This document shows positions 11,501 through 24,133 of a stretch of 64,000 bases of DNA, piece after piece. Made by a program: the position numbers and the translations under genes. Where the stretch lies: positions 365,805-429,804 of the forward strand of contig CAJNOF010000042.1 in the NCBI GenBank assembly GCA_905250055.1, in the 5' to 3' direction. This stretch comes from Rotaria sp. Lineage: Eukaryota. Under the pieces are notes generated by a model that was given only the letters and a program-made list of their open reading frames with translations, searched no databases and was not told where the DNA came from. The stretch's first letter is position 1; each line of letters begins with the position of its first letter.

Positions 11501-14139
11501 ACAAATATTCGACCATTTGCGCTGCGGTCTCTACCAAAGATGTACATCAATATTGGTAGATTATTCACAAAAATTTTCACACAATCCGCCATAAAATGAT
11601 CTGAGATCGATAAGGCGTGTTTTATCTTTTTTATCGTCATAAATTCCTAAAGATGTGTGCTTTGTAAATTTTTACTCATCTGGCAAGTAGAAAATGCTGT
11701 TTCAATGTTGAAAGCATTGACAACAGTTAAACACTACATAGTAGACTACTCAATTGACATGTGTTCTTGCATGAGGTGTATGAATAATTTTGAGCAAAAC
11801 TGAAAAACATCATTTTCCTTGCTTCTCATTTATAAGAAACAATTTTCAACGCATTTTGCTCAACGTTTCTGTGAATAGACTAGAGATACTGATTCCGATT
11901 TTCGTAAAAATCGCGACTTAAATGATTAAATAATTGTGAAAGCAGCACAATTTTACTATTATTCTCGGGTGTATGAATAATTTTAGCATCATTGCCTATG
12001 AAATGTATAATGTAATTAAAAACTTGTCAGTGCAGTTCTTGATGAAGTTAAAATATGGAGTTCACTCTCAATCAACATGGGATTACAAAAATGAGTTAGA
12101 ATGTGCATAAAAATCTTTCGAAAAGATAGGTCGGATGTGCATGTAACATTATTAAAAAACGATATGACTTCTATTTATGATTTATGAACCTGTGTCCTTG
12201 TCCCTGTTTACACTACTGAGATCGAACCATAGATAATCTCACTTTTGCTATTTTGGAGACATTTTCTCTATGTATCGTCTCTAAGAATTAGTGTTTTTTC
12301 AAATTATTCTTTGCTGAACGCTTTACAACATCTCTACCGAATGCTTTAATAAAAAGTGTAAAACTGAAAAAACATTGATTCTCAATAATGGAAAATGAAG
12401 AGAATCACATTAAAATACAAAAAAGTGATTTTATCTGTGACTCATCCATTGAATACTGTTGGAAAAATAATACGATGTGCTAGGCAAGCTAATTCTATTT
12501 TGTAGTACACTACAGCATGTAAAACAACTTCCCTTTGGAAACTTTTATTTTTCTGCACTATGATTTGACGCTATTCGTAATATTGAACAAATGAAATAGT
12601 TACCAATAGGATAGATTAGATGCCGATGCATCTTTGCCTAGGTTGAAAAAATAAAAATTATTAAGAAAATCCGAAGCATTGCTTAGTTTGAACCGTTCAT
12701 GATCGACTATTCATGACATGGTTTGCAATAATATGTAGAGATTGGCTTAGCAAAGTTCAAAGATAACTTATTGATTCATACATACCAATTATAACAATGG
12801 TAGTTGCTAATGTCGCGAGAAGTATACTACCAAAGAGAGTACCTATCAAACAAAAGCAACAAGTTCGCGTGATTTTGAATGTCCGATGATTCCTGCAGTA
12901 TAAGCAATTTCTGATTACAGAGAATCAGATGTGGAGACAAAAAAACTTACTTTTTATGTCTGTTTGATTTTCTTTTTCTGCTTGCGAATAGAGAGTCCTA
13001 TAATCAATACAATCTCATCATGATATCATAATTTATTACGCTTACTATTTGTTCTTGTGGTTGAACTTTATTTATGTTTGTTGTCGATATTGAATAATTA
13101 TGACTTTTTATTGTCTGAGCATCAACTGGCTATAATTAGATAGGACATACTATTCATGTAAGATGTTCTACCAACTAAAGATTACATTGCATGCTTTGTG
13201 AAGCTATTGCACTGAATTTTCATTTTTATTCAAATTGAAAATCAAAAATGATCTTGGTGGATAAGCGTTGGAAGCCTAACATATCATCTGATTTAGCTCA
13301 AGTATAAATCAGAAGGAAGATCAAGTGTTTCTTGATGTTGTCAATTTTTTTTTGTCTCAATCAGCAAAAAACCTCATAGAACCACTCACGTCGATTGTTA
13401 ACACGGCTATTTTAGTTTACATCTTCGAAACGAGTGCATCAAGATCTGACCGATTCAAACAATTGTGCTGGAATATCATTTAAGTGTAGGTAAAAATAGC
13501 ACTTACAGTAGAGCTGTACTCACAATCGCACCTGTCAGAATGTGATTCATGAATTTAGTGATCAAGAGTATTATTACAGATGTGTGAAGATGGGTCAATT
13601 TTCATGACACTCATACAAACACACACGAACATCTCACTTTAGAACGATTCCTACTTTGGCAAGTGACGCTTTGAGATAGATACTCTTGTAGTTCCAGTTG
13701 AAATCTAGTTCGTATTATGACTTATCTTTGTTGATCGCCGAAATATTAGAATTTTGATTTGTTTCTTTGAAAATAACTACGGAACCTTATAAAAATATTA
13801 ATCAGTTTATGATAAATGCATTAAATAAGCATTTTTGGAGCTCTCTTTCCAGTGAAAATTTGAAGCACGAATACACAAAGCTTAGGCGATTTTACGCAAT
13901 GATGAATTTTTTAGATCTACCATACCTTTTTTGTAGTTGATGTGCTGATGTTCCAGTGATGCATGCCCGATTGAATGTAATGCTAAAACATAAGATTTTA
14001 TTTTAAGATATTTTGATATAGGTTTCGACAGCACATACGATATGTCTATGTTTTTTTACACGGACCACTTTTCGTTTACGCGATACCATCTTTGGATTAA
14101 GAGTTACCTGCTTGTTCAGCTAGATTCCTACTTTGATGT

Positions 14140-14410
14140 CGAATATAAATGCAAGTTTCAAAAGTGATTAGCAATGCTAGTAGCAGAAAAAAAAATTCAA
14201 TTATAATTTGTAATTGAGAGATGACTGTCATATGGCTACGGCAGAAAGGCAGAAAAAAAAAATTTCTATTATAATTTATAATTGGCATACGGTCGTCACG
14301 TAACTACAGTAGCAAGGAAACATAATTGATTCGAATTATACTTGACAATTAAAATATGATTATCATATAATGATGGCAGAAAGTTAGACAAAAATAATTG
14401 TTTATGATTG
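14140..14410. repeat. Degenerate tandem repeat (minisatellite) of about 65 bp units.
   Basis: gcagaaaaaaaaattcaattataatttgtaattgagagatgactgtcatatggctacg followed by ggcagaaaggcagaaaaaaaaaatttctattataatttataattggcatacgg and a third, more diverged unit. There is no spacer structure, so it is not CRISPR-like. Confidence 0.4.
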
Positions 14411-16980
14411 TCACATTCGCGTTGGTATTCAAAAAATGGTAATGCAAACGTATTAGCTTTTTCTCAATACTAATGCTAACATGACGCTGCTAGTGGTAAT
14501 TACTGTGTACAAAGAGACATGTATTAGTCACAGTTCTTCTGGATAGGGGTTAGCGCTTAACGCTGCGACGCTTATATGAAAGGTCAGTTACAGAGATGGA
14601 CAAGTCAGAGATTTTTCGATTTCAAGTTAAAGCATTTTTTGAGAGATTCAAGTCACACGTTTTCAAATCAAATTTAATCAAAACTCAATTTGAAGTTTTT
14701 TTTTTTCAAGGATTCTATTCATTATTAAAAAAACAAGTTACCGTAGCTTTTATTCTGCAACAAAGACAATTGAATTTATAACAAAATTTCACAATAACGA
14801 AAAAAAAAATAACTGAAAAAAATCTATTCATGAATATCTTGACTTACGCTTACAAGAAGCATGAAAAATAACGGAGATCATTTGTAAACGAGATGGTCAA
14901 TACAAGTTGCGCAGATTATTTACTTATGGCAAAGTCGTCGGGTCTTTTTTTCATCTTTTAGTGTGTTTATAGAAATATTTGCTAATTTTTTTGAATATTT
15001 TTCTTTGACATTTCACATAAGGCGTAAAAGACAATGTGAGTAAGCATTCTCTACATATATAATCTGTTCAAAAATATAACAACAGACAATTTTCTAACGC
15101 TTTTATTATATGAGTATTATAGTCACATGTTACATTCCTTGACTCATCGATATTTGTTTATTCAGCTCGCATTCCTTGATGCTTTATTCTCTCTTATATA
15201 ATATTCTCTCTTCTCTCGCTTGAGTCAGTGATAGTTGTTAATTCCAAATAAAATCGAACTATAAGAAAGAAGCAAGAGGGGACCTCTGATAATGAGTTTA
15301 CTTTTTATTATTCCTAACAGTTATTTCTATATACATATATGCGTTCAGTTGCGCTCTATCCGAAACTGATGTTAGATATCCACATTCCGCACGCCAGACC
15401 TGAGAAAATGCATTTTTATAAAAGCTCGTACAATTTTAGGTGTACATTAAAAGTGTCAATCAAGCTCAGATTATTGGCTATTAAAACCAAAATCTATATA
15501 GGACTGCTTTTTCTATAATCTCACACCATAAAAGAGACTTTTTGCTACAAAATGAAAAGTCATCAAAACTTGAGAATCATTGTGTTAGAAAGAATGGTGC
15601 CATTTTTCCAATTTTAAATTCTGTACATCGGCAATTATAAGCAAAATTTGATACGAAAATTCTTATTTGTTATTAAATTGACATTTTCTTTCTAACAGAA
15701 TGATTCTCGGGCATCGAAGATTTTTCATTTTGTGACAAAAAGTGTCTTGTATGGTATGAAACTACAGAAAAAGCAGTTCCATATCTATGTTGGTTTTTAT
15801 AGCCAAAAATCTGAGCTAAACTGGCATTTTTTATGTATATCCAAAATTATATGAGTTTTTATAAAAATGCGTTTCCTCAGGGCAGACATACGAAATAAGG
15901 ACATCTGACTTCAGTTTAGAATAGAGTGCAATTGAATGCTTGTACTCATATGCATAAACAATTATCAATAAGAAAAAGTAAACTCATATATAATAAAAGT
16001 GCGAAAAAAAAAATGTCTGTTCTTATATTTTTCGTCACTACTGTATGTTTTTTTACTTGACTTGTCCCGTTCTGATTAGGTATTGCAGAGAAAAGTGTTT
16101 CTCCCGAGTAAACATTCAAGATGAGAATTTTGAGTTATGGAATGAAGAAAAAGAAAATGAGATATTTTCAAAAAGATTTAATTTTTTTCTTTTTTTGGTT
16201 CTAGTTACATGATAGCTTTATTTCAATTGTAAATTATAATTTGAATGAAATTTTTTTATTTGTGCTAGAGAAGTGTCAATTTATTTTTTTTCATTGATAT
16301 TCGAATTCATCTTACGTTGTCGAAGGCTCATTTATATTCAAATTCGAATGAGGCAACTCATGGTGTGTGTCGCAGTTTTGAACATATAAGGACTGGTAAA
16401 ATAAAATATTGATCAAGGCATAATTGTTTGAGAAAAGCAAGACTGATGCGATTCTATGTTTCAAGCAAACACAAAGCCTTCTTCAAATTCAATTTTCAGC
16501 TCACTGTAAGAATAAGAGAAATTGCAAAGATAACTTACAATGTCATTGCCATTGCATATTGATCAAGTATAGCTGCAATATGAATACGCTCCGAAAAAAA
16601 TCCTCAAAAAATGCATTTTGTTTTTCTTCGTGAATGACTAGTTGGTTGTTGTTTCACTGATTAAAGCTTCCCTCCTGAAAGAAAGCCAATTTTCGTAAAA
16701 AATAATGAAAACTAAGATAAATGCATGAGAAGATAGTATAATGTCTAATATTTCAAAAATGACATGTTCTTTTTTTTGGCATCCGCTTTTTTGTCAAAAC
16801 TTTTGATAATTACTGTCGCTTTCTGCTTGAAAAATAAGCTATTTTTTGCTTTTTCTCCTTTTATATATATATTTAATCGCATAACCCAGAATTTTCTTTA
16901 GGTTCTCATTCTATATATTTCTTTTTTTTTGGTTTGACAGAGCAGGTCAAGATGCAGTGCAGTCCAGAGTCATTTTTAAG

Positions 16981-17143
16981 GGTGTTGGTGTGGGTGGGGT
17001 GTGGGTGAGTGTGGGTGAGTGTAGGGTGTAGGTGTGGGTGTGGGTGGAGTGTGGGTGTAGGTGTGTGGTGTGGGTGTGGGGTGCGGGTGTGGGTGTGGAT
17101 GTCGTTGTTCATCTGCTGTTACTTTGGACCCACACCCACATCC
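16981..17143. repeat. Interstitial degenerate telomeric-repeat tract: about 120 bp of (TGTGGG)n-like G-strand, then a short inverted C-strand block (gacccacacccacatcc at 17127-17143).
   Basis: ggtgttggtgtgggtggggtgtgggtgagtgtgggtgagtgtagggtgtaggtgtgggtgtgggtggagtgtgggtgtaggtgtgtggtgtgggtgtggggtgcgggtgtgggtgtggatg. ORF 16906-17112 (HPHP/THT-rich) is just its translation. Confidence 0.75.
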
Positions 17144-17789
17144 TAACGAGTAACAATATAGTTACCCGTTGCTGGTAGTATAACGGTAATTTCTCTCCCT
17201 ACTCAGTATTTTGCATTTTTCCTCAGGAAAACTTTATCAAATCGAAAAAATAAGAACATATTCGTGATCAGCGTCAAAAGCTGAATCTAGTGATGTAAGT
17301 TTCAACTAAAAATAAACGTGCTCAAGTGTTGCATTACTGGCATCTTATTAAGGATATAAGATCTTTAAATCCACCTGATGAAGTCACCGCAAGACAGAAA
17401 CAATCGTTTGTCGTATAATGGGCTATTTCTACTCAACCTGACCATCACTATAGTCGTAGTACTTCTTAAACATAATACTCACCCTCATCGTCACAAGTTT
17501 TTGTCGTTTCTGAAGTTATCTACAGAAGTCAGATGAACCATGAGAAATGCATGTCGTTTTTCCAAATATAAAGTATCTCATTTTACTCAGAGTTTAATGT
17601 TAAGTACGAATATGTAATTCTTTTTGAAGAACATTTAGGGTGAAAAAATGACTTGAACCCTACTGGTCCTTTTATTTTCTATTTTCTTCAATTTATTTCT
17701 TGTTGAACAAATGAAAATTCACAAAATAAAAAACAAATTTTCATGTATCAATTTAAACCAATAATCTTAATTATGGACGTGCAATTTCA

Positions 17790-18880
17790 GTGGAAATACC
17801 GAAGCACTGACTACAGTGAAACGCTAATGGCACTAGAACTTCGATTTTTATTTTCATACATACATGGTGGCCCATAAATGACTTGACGATAAAAAATTTC
17901 AATATCTTCACGAAATGTCGATCGAATCAGATGAAGCTTTTTACTGATAGAAACTACTTTAAATTTTTCTCCATCTGATAATCGTCAACAAACAGGATGT
18001 TGAGGTAGCAGAATCCACCTCAAAACCTCTTTTTACCTGTTATTCGCTGTAAATGCTACAAAATGATTCATAGGCATCGCAGAGACTCTCCTTTCTACAT
18101 GCAAAGTCAGAAGATGCAAAGTCGTACTAATGCACAAGAATTATGGCCATATTTCATCGTATAAGATAAAGATACTGCTCATGCACAGCACGATATCATT
18201 ACAGAATGTTGAAAAATGACGACTGAAGTTTCATTGTATCGTTTGTCGCACTGCAATGATATATCCACTTGGAACATAAATTCTACACGTTTGTTTTTGG
18301 TTTTTAGGGAAGTTTTAGGCCTTATATTTTGTGACTAGGAAGAGATATAAATTTGAAATTTATAGAATTAATAGAGCTTTATGAGTTCTACCTACACTAA
18401 AAATTTCAGATTTATATCTCTTCTTAATCACGAGATATAAGGTCTAAAACTCTTCTAAAAACCAAAAAAAAACGTGCAGAACTTATGTTCCAAGCGCATA
18501 GTACTGTGCATGAGGAGTATCTTTATCTTATACGATGAAATATGACCACAAGTCTTGTACATTAGTATGACTTTGCATTTTCTGACTTTGCATGTAGAAA
18601 AGAGAGTCATTGTAATGCCTATGAAGCATTTTGTAGCATTTACAGCGAATAACAGGTAAAAAAGGCTTTTGAGATGGATTCTACTACCACAACATCCTGT
18701 TTGTTGACGATTATCATACGGGAAAAAATTTTAAAGTAGTCACTATCAGTAAAAAAACTTCATCTGATTCGGTCGACATTTGGTGCAGATATTGAAATTT
18801 CTTAACATCAAGTTATTTATGGGCCACCCTGTATTTATGTAAGTAAAAATCGGAGTTTCAGTGCGATTAGTGTAGTCCTT
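17790..18880. mobile_element. Large near-perfect palindrome / foldback element (about 1.09 kb, arms about 500 bp, symmetry centre about 18385).
   Basis: Left arm ...gatgttgaggtagcagaatccacctcaaaacctctttttacctgttattcgctgtaaatgctacaaaatgattcataggcatcgcagagactctcctttctacatgcaaagtcagaagatgcaaagtcgtactaatgcac... has its reverse complement at 18480-18700 (...gtacattagtatgactttgcattttctgactttgcatgtagaaaagagagtc..gcattttgtagcatttacagcgaataacaggtaaaaa..ggattctactaccacaacatc). Outer arms are tggtggcccataaatgacttgacgat (left) and tcaagttatttatgggccaccctg (right). Confidence 0.6.
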
Positions 18881-18946
18881 TAGTTAGTGTACCGCTATCT
18901 GAAACGTTGGTGGACACTTAACTGAAACTGCGCATCTATAATTTTA

Positions 18947-19915
18947 ATTGTTATTGATTTCAAATTTAAGAATTCGACCAAAAGCAGAATCGGCAACATA
19001 AAGATTGCCTTTTTGATCAAATGCTAAACCTGTAGGTTCAGCTAATGGTTTGGATAGGTTTCCTCCACAGTTTATACCAATAACATCAGTTCCTTCTTTT
19101 TCTCCTTCAATCTAACCCATCACATGACCCCTTCCGGTTGCCACATAGATTTGACCCAACTGATCGACAACAACTCCTCGAGGATTAGGCAATCCTTTTA
19201 AACTTATTCTCATATGCTTCCCACCAGCAACAACAATTCCTTCTTTTGCATCTTTTGTCCATTTTATTACACGATGATTGCCACTATCTGATACATACAA
19301 TGAATTATCTGGATCAACGAAGATAAAAGTAGGATTATTGAGTTGATTGAGATCATTTCCATTTTCATTTCCACCCGCTACGACTGTTCCATTTTCCTCT
19401 CCTATTTTCCATCGTTTAACTTCATTCTTCTCCGTATCAGAGACATAAAGATATCCATCATTATCCATTGCTAATCCATAACAATCAATATCCGAAATAA
19501 TTATTTGTCCATTGGTATTATTTTGACGAGGCCATTGCATCACTCGCCTGTTTATTTGATCAGAAATGATAAAAGAATCATTTTGTTTATCAATAATTAC
19601 ATCTGTTGGCCAACTCAATTGATTCAATTCACTGCCTTCTTGATTTCCACCTGCAACAATTTGCCCAGTGTTTGAATTAGATTTCCATGCAACGATACGG
19701 TGATTACCACTATCAGCAATATAAATCGTTTGATCATCATCAAGACATAAGCCTAAAGGATGAGCTAGCTGATTTAGTTCATCGTCTGTATCAAGAGAAA
19801 AATTTCCTCCAGCAACAGTAATTCCATCTTTGTTCCATTTTGTATCTAAATGAAAATTAAATTGTTGAAAAGAAAAGATATTCTTCAAAATAAATTGACC
19901 ACGACGGTTAAACAA
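18947..19915 (-). CDS. NHL-repeat (six-bladed beta-propeller) protein, intronless; the ORF is interrupted by an in-frame TAG at 19112-19114 with a further NHL blade encoded downstream (18947-19111).
   Basis: ORF 19112-19915 contains repeated NHL signatures (..YIADSGNHRIVAWK.., ..YVSDTEKNEVKRWK.., ..YVSDSGNHRVIKWT.., ..IYVATGRGHVMG*). Reading on in the same frame past the TAG gives IEGEKEGTDVIGINCGGNLSKPLAEPTGLAFDQKGNLYVADSAFGRILKFEINNN*, another complete NHL blade. No GT..AG intron of plausible length removes the stop. Confidence 0.7.
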
Positions 19916-22900
19916 ACATTTTATTTTATTAAAAGAGAAAATGAATAAACATTTGAGATAAAAATTAAATTTTGAACCTTTTTTAAATATACAAAAGAAT
20001 ATTTTTTATTTCGATGTCATTTTAAAATCTAACAAATCTTTTAGAGATACTTATTTAATTATTTTCTAAAACAATTTTTATTTTCAATTAAAATATTTAA
20101 GAATAAATTATTTTATTTTTTTTAATTAAAATAGAAATAATCTTTACTTTATTTCCAAAGTTTAATCAAGCTAATAATGTCCAACATAGATCAACTTTTT
20201 ATGAGTCGACTCCAAGTGGAAAGCGTTTTTATTGATTTCACCCGATCCAAGTCAGACACTGGGATCCAATACTTATATATTCACTTTTAAACTTGAGATT
20301 TTTCAAATTTAGTTTGTTTTATCTCAATTATGGTATTAAAATATGTGAAAAATTAATCATCAATATCAAGTATTACATCTGGAGTCATTCATAAAGAGCG
20401 TACAGATATAAAAAAGCATTTTTCTGATCCCCTCCCCTCCGTCCAGGAATGTCTGTTTTTAAATTACGTTGCTGTACGTTAAAGTACTTTTGACGTCATT
20501 TTATCATACTTTGGAGTACTTAATGTCTATTGTTTTTCCTTGACTTTTATAAGTTACATAAAATTGTTTTTCTCATGTTCATGACATGCACATATATCAA
20601 GATGTGTTTATATTATAGAAATTTATTGCAGAAGAAGTTCATGTGGAGGAACAAAAAAACGTGCAACTGTATGGGATCTGCACTTTGAAAATGCTACTAG
20701 AAACCGATTTTACTTGAAATTTTCGCGAAAAATGTCTGAAAAACAGTAAAAAGTCATAGTAAGCGTCTGAATATCCAGATATGCTTGACACTTCCTCCTT
20801 CCCAGAAGTGTGCGTTTTTCACGGATCACCGATTCTTTGACTTGGCATTCTTTCTGGATAGTTTCCTATTTTTTACTTAATGGTAAAAATATGTGATAAT
20901 GAAGATAGAAATAACCAATATAATAACTGAAAAGATTTGTAAATTTTGACACATTAATTCTGAACTTGTATCTCTACCTAAGAATAAAAAAAAGTGTTTT
21001 TTTTATTCTTATAACTACATCATTATTTAGGAGAATAGTCATAAAAAATCAATCTGAGATATGAAAATATTCCGAAATTATTTTTGAATAACTTATTCAT
21101 GGTTTTCTTCCGATTATAATAAATGAAGATTTGTTATCGTTCTAAATCAAATAATATAATAGAGTACACCTCAATTGATTTTTACCTTTTTTTACTTCTT
21201 TTATTTGTTATTCCTATATTTCTTTTGATTATTAATCGGTTATGTATAGGGAAGAAACTCGAAACGCGCTGCATCTTGTAGTGTATGAGTGAATTGCAAC
21301 TATTTGGTACAATTGTGTTTTTGACGTTTTTCTGTTATAACTTCGATTCCTATCGTCCAATTAAGAATTTTTTTTTTCTTTTCTTTCTTTCTACTTGTTC
21401 AAACAATTCTGAAGTTTTCAGATCCATAGTACATAACCCTGTTGAGACATACACGTCGAAAGCTGGAAAAACTCACTTTTGTGAAACACGATTGAAAAGA
21501 AGTGTTGAAGTATAAGGATAGAAAAAGCTAACCCCCTACTCTGCCCCACTGACCGTGGCAGATACAGGATCATCAAGTACTTGTCAGTCATTATTTGTTT
21601 TTTTTTCCTATTTTCCTGTTATTTCTCTCTTCTCTTTTGATTGATCACTTTCGCGCCTTTTTTTTTGAATTTCGTTTTATAGTACGTTTCTTGAGAATTA
21701 GATATTTAATCAAAGAATTTCTGTGAAGATTCTACTTCGGTGCTTCATCATATAATGTCATTACTAACTGTACAACCTTAGATAAAGAAAGTGAGGACTC
21801 AAGCAATGTCATACATCTTTAGACACAATTTATCATGCTTGTTTATTATGATAAATCAAATCTATTGATACAGCTATTCTTCAGGTTCCATAGCTTCATC
21901 GTGTTTCACATTATTATCCTGAAGAGATTGCGCTAACAGCTCTTTTGATGAAACATCGTAATAAGAATGAGTTTCATAAAGAAGGTAAGAAATAAAAAGA
22001 AAATCTCTACAGCACTTTTTGTTCAGCATTCAATAGGCTATTTAATTCTATCATTCACTAGTGCAATTCCTTTTTTCTTCCTGATCCTTTATTATTAAAT
22101 TCCTTTTGCGTACACAGTGTAAGATGATATTGGATTGAGTGTGGAGTGCACAGGTACAGACTCTTTTAGGACACTGAATGTTCCATTAGAAACTGCACCG
22201 AATTTACTCTAAAATACATGTTCAAATCCTGTAATAATTTTCTTTAGCAGATCAAAAAAAAAATGAAAACTAAATTTATCACTGACTTTGTCGGCTGAAA
22301 TTTTCGAACCTGAGAAGCCTGTACCTCTTGAATGATTCGTCCGATTCTGATGAAACTTATATACAAGATAAACTACAAAAAGTTGCATAACTAGAAAAAA
22401 TTTCATTATTCAGCCATGCTTTGTTCTAAAAAAATTTACATTTTACGGCAAAATGTAGGGCAAGATTTGCTTTTGAAAATTTTCGGTTATTTCACGGTAA
22501 AGTTATTAGTACTATACACTGTTCTATTCACGGTAGCAAACTTAATACATTTGCATATTTCTCGACATATTATAACACTACTGACCAAAGCTGAAGTAAA
22601 GAGATTTATCTAACAACCCTTCTTTTTAGAGCCCCTTAATGACACTGTTAAGCTATTTCTTGTGCGTGACTATGCGAATGCACTGTTTGTTGCAACCATT
22701 AGAGTGAGTATGCTGTATAATATGTGAGTCTTTGTACCGATTCCAAGACCTTTTTCTTCAAACTCCTCGCGGATAAAAAAACAACCAAAATGTACACTTG
22801 AATATCTTCGCCAGTAAGCGGCTATTTATTGGGAAATTTTTACAGAATACTCAGATAATGGTGAAGAGAAAAATGCACAAATCAAATTTTCTCTAAGCCA

Positions 22901-23049
22901 ACTTTCAATTTTTTTCGTTAAATGTTCAAAAAAGTCACGATCCACTTATTTTTATGTTGAACAACAACTGTAGCTTAACCCGTTGACGGGCGATGGTACA
23001 TTTAGGTGCCACTTTTTTTCTTTTTGTTATCTCTCCTCCCTCAGCCTCA

Positions 23050-23545
23050 CCCGTCCAGAATTTGCTCGTCAAACAGTTAAAGTATAAAAAGTGCTTTAGA
23101 AAAATTAGTGACATTTTCTAATACAATAAAAGTATCTTTGGAATAATTTTTGATAAAAATAAAATCGAGATTTGCGCTTTTCACCGTTCGAAAGAAGAGA
23201 TGAATCTGCATCGAATCATATAACTCAGATTCTTCTGACAAGATTTTCCATAGTATTCAGTCAAGTGTTTTAGAAGAACGGTGCGTTAGAGAGAAGAAGT
23301 GAATTTTTGTTTAAAAAATACGAAAAAACGTCGATTTTTCTAAGAACCTTCACTGAATACTCTGAAAAAGCTTGTCAATATAAAGTAAAATGTATGATTC
23401 GATGCAGATTCATCTTTTCTTCTGAATGATGAGAATCGCAGATCTCTATTTTATTTTTATGAAAAGTTATTCGAAAAATACTTTTATTGCAGCAAAACAA
23501 AAATGTCACTATTACTTCAAACTTTAGTTGTTGTTCAACACAAAT
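23050..23545. repeat. Imperfect inverted-repeat / foldback element (arms about 200 bp).
   Basis: gatgaatctgcatcgaatcata (23200-23221) pairs with tatgattcgatgcagattcatc (23396-23417). The outer arm gtcaaacagttaaagtataaaaagtgctttagaaaaattagtgacattttc pairs with gaaaaatacttttattgcagcaaaacaaaaatgtcactattacttcaaactttag. Confidence 0.4.
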
Positions 23546-23581
23546 ATATCATAAGATGCAGCGCGTTTCTGGCTTTCTTCT

Positions 23582-23606
23582 TATATATATATATATATAT
23601 ATATAG
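23582..23606. repeat. (TA)n microsatellite
   Basis: tatatatatatatatatatatata. Confidence 0.8.
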
Positions 23607-24133
23607 CAGAATACTAAACAAACGAAATATAGTAAGAGAAAACAAATAGATGAAAAGCAATCGAGGTGTAATGTATAAGAATATTTACCGTTTGATGAAA
23701 ATCGATAAAATATCCAACTATCGTTTGTACCTTTTATTTTATATAATAATATTGTTTACTTGTTTCTAAAATATAACTTGCTTTTTCTTTCGTTAACACA
23801 TGGTAAATCTACCTTTATTTTTCTTCTCTTCTGTATTTTTCTTTTCATGGACACAAAAATATAAAAAATAAAACATTCAAGGTGAGGAATATATATATAT
23901 GTATATATGTATAATACGTAATTGCAGCATCAGAGAGCGAAAACGAATCGAACCGCAGCGATATATAAAAAGCAAAGATGAACTGCAGACAAGCCCCACA
24001 TAAAAAATAATTGATTGAATTATAAGCGAATTTGAAAAAAGTGTGACGTAGTCGGTAAAGATGATATATGACACGGTTAGTCTCTGTTGAACTCATTTAA
24101 AAGACCTACACCCATCATCAGTAATCTAATTTA

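Noticed and set aside
14140-14410. Possible CRISPR array
   Set aside because: The repeats are about 65 bp, diverged, AT-rich and directly abutting without unique spacers. The window is eukaryotic with no cas genes.
16906-17112. 68-aa ORF rich in His/Pro/Thr (HTHTRTPHPHHTPTPT...)
   Set aside because: It is the translation of the (TGTGGG)n telomeric-repeat tract on the opposite strand; repeat-derived, not a gene.
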